In this document: positions 61,440-64,000 of the stretch, piece by piece
Layout: each line of letters opens with the position of its first letter
Numbering within the stretch: the first letter of the stretch is position 1
DNA from: Octopus bimaculoides
Taxonomy: Eukaryota
Length of the DNA: 64,000 nt
Assembly (NCBI RefSeq): GCF_001194135.2
Contig: NC_068982.1
Coordinates: 137,761,209 to 137,825,208 of the forward strand
Direction of reading: 5' to 3'
Notes under the pieces: generated by a model
Databases searched by the model: none
What the model was told of the DNA's origin: nothing
The model's input: the letters and a program-made list of their open reading frames with translations, nothing else
Position numbers and translations under genes: made by a program

Positions 61440-62590
61440 AAGAACAGTTTGAGGTAAAAAAAACTTTCTAGTTTTTCCAAGTTGTCATTTAACAACAAGC
61501 CGTTCTTTACGAGATTAAAGAAAAAGCCAACTGACCTCATGATAAAAGTTAACGATGATGTTGTTGGGGAGTTCAAGAAATTAGGTGCTGTTAATTACTG
61601 GACAATGGATACTTTCCTATACACAGCCCCTGGGTATGACTTTAAACAGCATCTGATTGTGAGGCTTTGGTCCATGAATTCCAGGGTTTTGAGGAATGTG
61701 GGACCACTTCTTGACCCCTATTATTCTCAAGTATACTTTGATCCAGAGTAGTAATACCTCCAAGCTCAGATCCTCACAGCCTTGTGAATGCCTTGGGAAA
61801 GGAAAAGACTAGGGGAACCAGCCTTGATAGTAACTCAAGGAGTGTGGTCCTTTGGGTGCCCTGTTTGACATACATCTGGCAACAGCAGGACAGATGGAGC
61901 TCTTCAGCCTTGTAAGGCAATTCATCTATGTAAAAACCAACAGCTTGCTGATCACTACATTGGTTTTAGCTCATTGTGGTCAGATTTCCAAGTCTAAAGA
62001 GTAGGATCAGAGTGTACAGATTGACTCTCACTTTAAAACTACAAAGCACAGGCAAGAAGAAAAGCTAAATGCAGTATCAAGGATCTTATTCATAATCTTC
62101 AGACATGAAGAAACTGCCATTATACACAGCTTCTACCATTCTTAAAGAATCCTGAGAAGAAGCTTGCAGAGCATGTGCAAATGAAATTACTAAACACAAG
62201 CAAACCAGGTGGTAAACAAAACTTGGAAGAAACATCAGCTATATTGGATGGCGAATGGCAATAATGAAATATAAGAGCAATAACAAGTTCACACCTCCCC
62301 AATTAAATCTTATGCAAAAAATAACAAAACTTTGCACACCAAGACTTGAGAAAAAGCTGATTACATTCAAGTGTAAACTCAAGAAGCTGATTATGCTAAA
62401 GTTTAAACTCAGGAAGCTGAATGAAAAACTTTGTTATCATAGGAAAATACCTGAACAAGCTACTATAATTCATTTCAGTTAAGAACCGTCAGTCTCAAGA
62501 AGATCCTGAATCATTCTGGTCTAAGATCTGGCATGAAATGAGAGATTTCAATCAGAAATCACTGTGGCTTGATACAGTTAGGAAAGAATA
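61440..62590 (+). mobile_element. Degenerate N-terminal part of an RLE-type LINE ORF
   Basis: Broken ORFs ending EDPESFWSKIWHEMRDFNQKSLWLDTVRKE, which is repeated at the start of the RT fragment at 63385. Confidence 0.5.
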
Positions 62591-63281
62591 TTATATTTCA
62601 TGTTTACTTCCAATCCACAGGTGTTATACCAGGAGAGGAAGAAGAAAAATATTACCATTAGCACTAAAGCCCCGTGTTCTCAGCATATCAGGAACAGCCT
62701 AAATGTAATGTCAACCAGATTCTCATTAAAGCAATTATGAACAACACATGTAGAAGAAGAAGATAAATAAGTAAAAATAGACAACCAATCATATTGCAGC
62801 TTTATAGTGAAGTGTGTTTATAACTCATTGTTAATGGCATCCACCCTAGTTGTTGTTTATTTTTGTTTTTAATCAAAAAAAAAAAAAGGGAGATTTCTTT
62901 TGTAATGAAATGAGCATGTGGTGATCCCAGCACTTTGTCTGGTAAATGAGTAAAGCCTACACTCTTTATAGTTGAGGAAATCATCGATGGTATTTATTCT
63001 TGGGACAAAGTATTTATTCTTACACAAACAACAAGAGGGATTCAGACACACAAACTAGTGAAAGTGGTGAGGAAAATAGCAATTCAGGGGAACAAACATA
63101 GTTGTTGAGAGAGATAGGTCTATTATTGTTATTCCCCTGAATTTTGGGGGGATTCTGTCCATTAGTTTGCTTGCAATCATTACTCTTGAGCTGTGTATGC
63201 AACTTTTTCTTTTCTTTTTTTCTTCTTTTTTTTGGCTCAGGATCTCGGGTGGATGGTAAAGTAAGACACAGGGGCCCAGGC

Positions 63282-64000
<719 letters not shown>

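Noticed and set aside
61482-62482. Host protein-coding gene
   Set aside because: No splice sites or domain; contiguous with LINE-like sequence and broken by stops.

Overview
AT-rich, microsatellite- and repeat-dense eukaryotic genomic DNA with nine N-gaps. The repeat families suggest an octopus/coleoid cephalopod (inference). One host gene can be assembled on the + strand from 13 GT-AG exons (1..39834; the 5' end lies upstream of the window). Together they make 2019 nt, one uninterrupted frame of 672 aa plus stop. It encodes an adhesion GPCR: GAIN domain, GPS motif (CAYW...W...GC...CSCNHL/TSF) and a secretin-like 7TM. The last 7TM exon either stops at 30005 or uses a perfect donor at 29998, which splices in frame to a (QSTSQ)n repeat exon and two exons encoding a death domain. 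This adhesion-GPCR/death-domain architecture is the top finding. The second highlight is two families of minimal Penelope-type hammerhead-ribozyme motifs in inverted pairs, one fused to a tRNA-derived head (11.4-12.5 kb; 45.5-45.7 kb). The rest is decayed transposons (Tc3-like, mariner, maT-like, RTE, R4/Dong-like RLE LINEs, Penelope-like), a solo-LTR pair, MITEs, tRNA-derived SINEs and mini/microsatellites. All calls come from reading the sequence by eye; no database searches were run.
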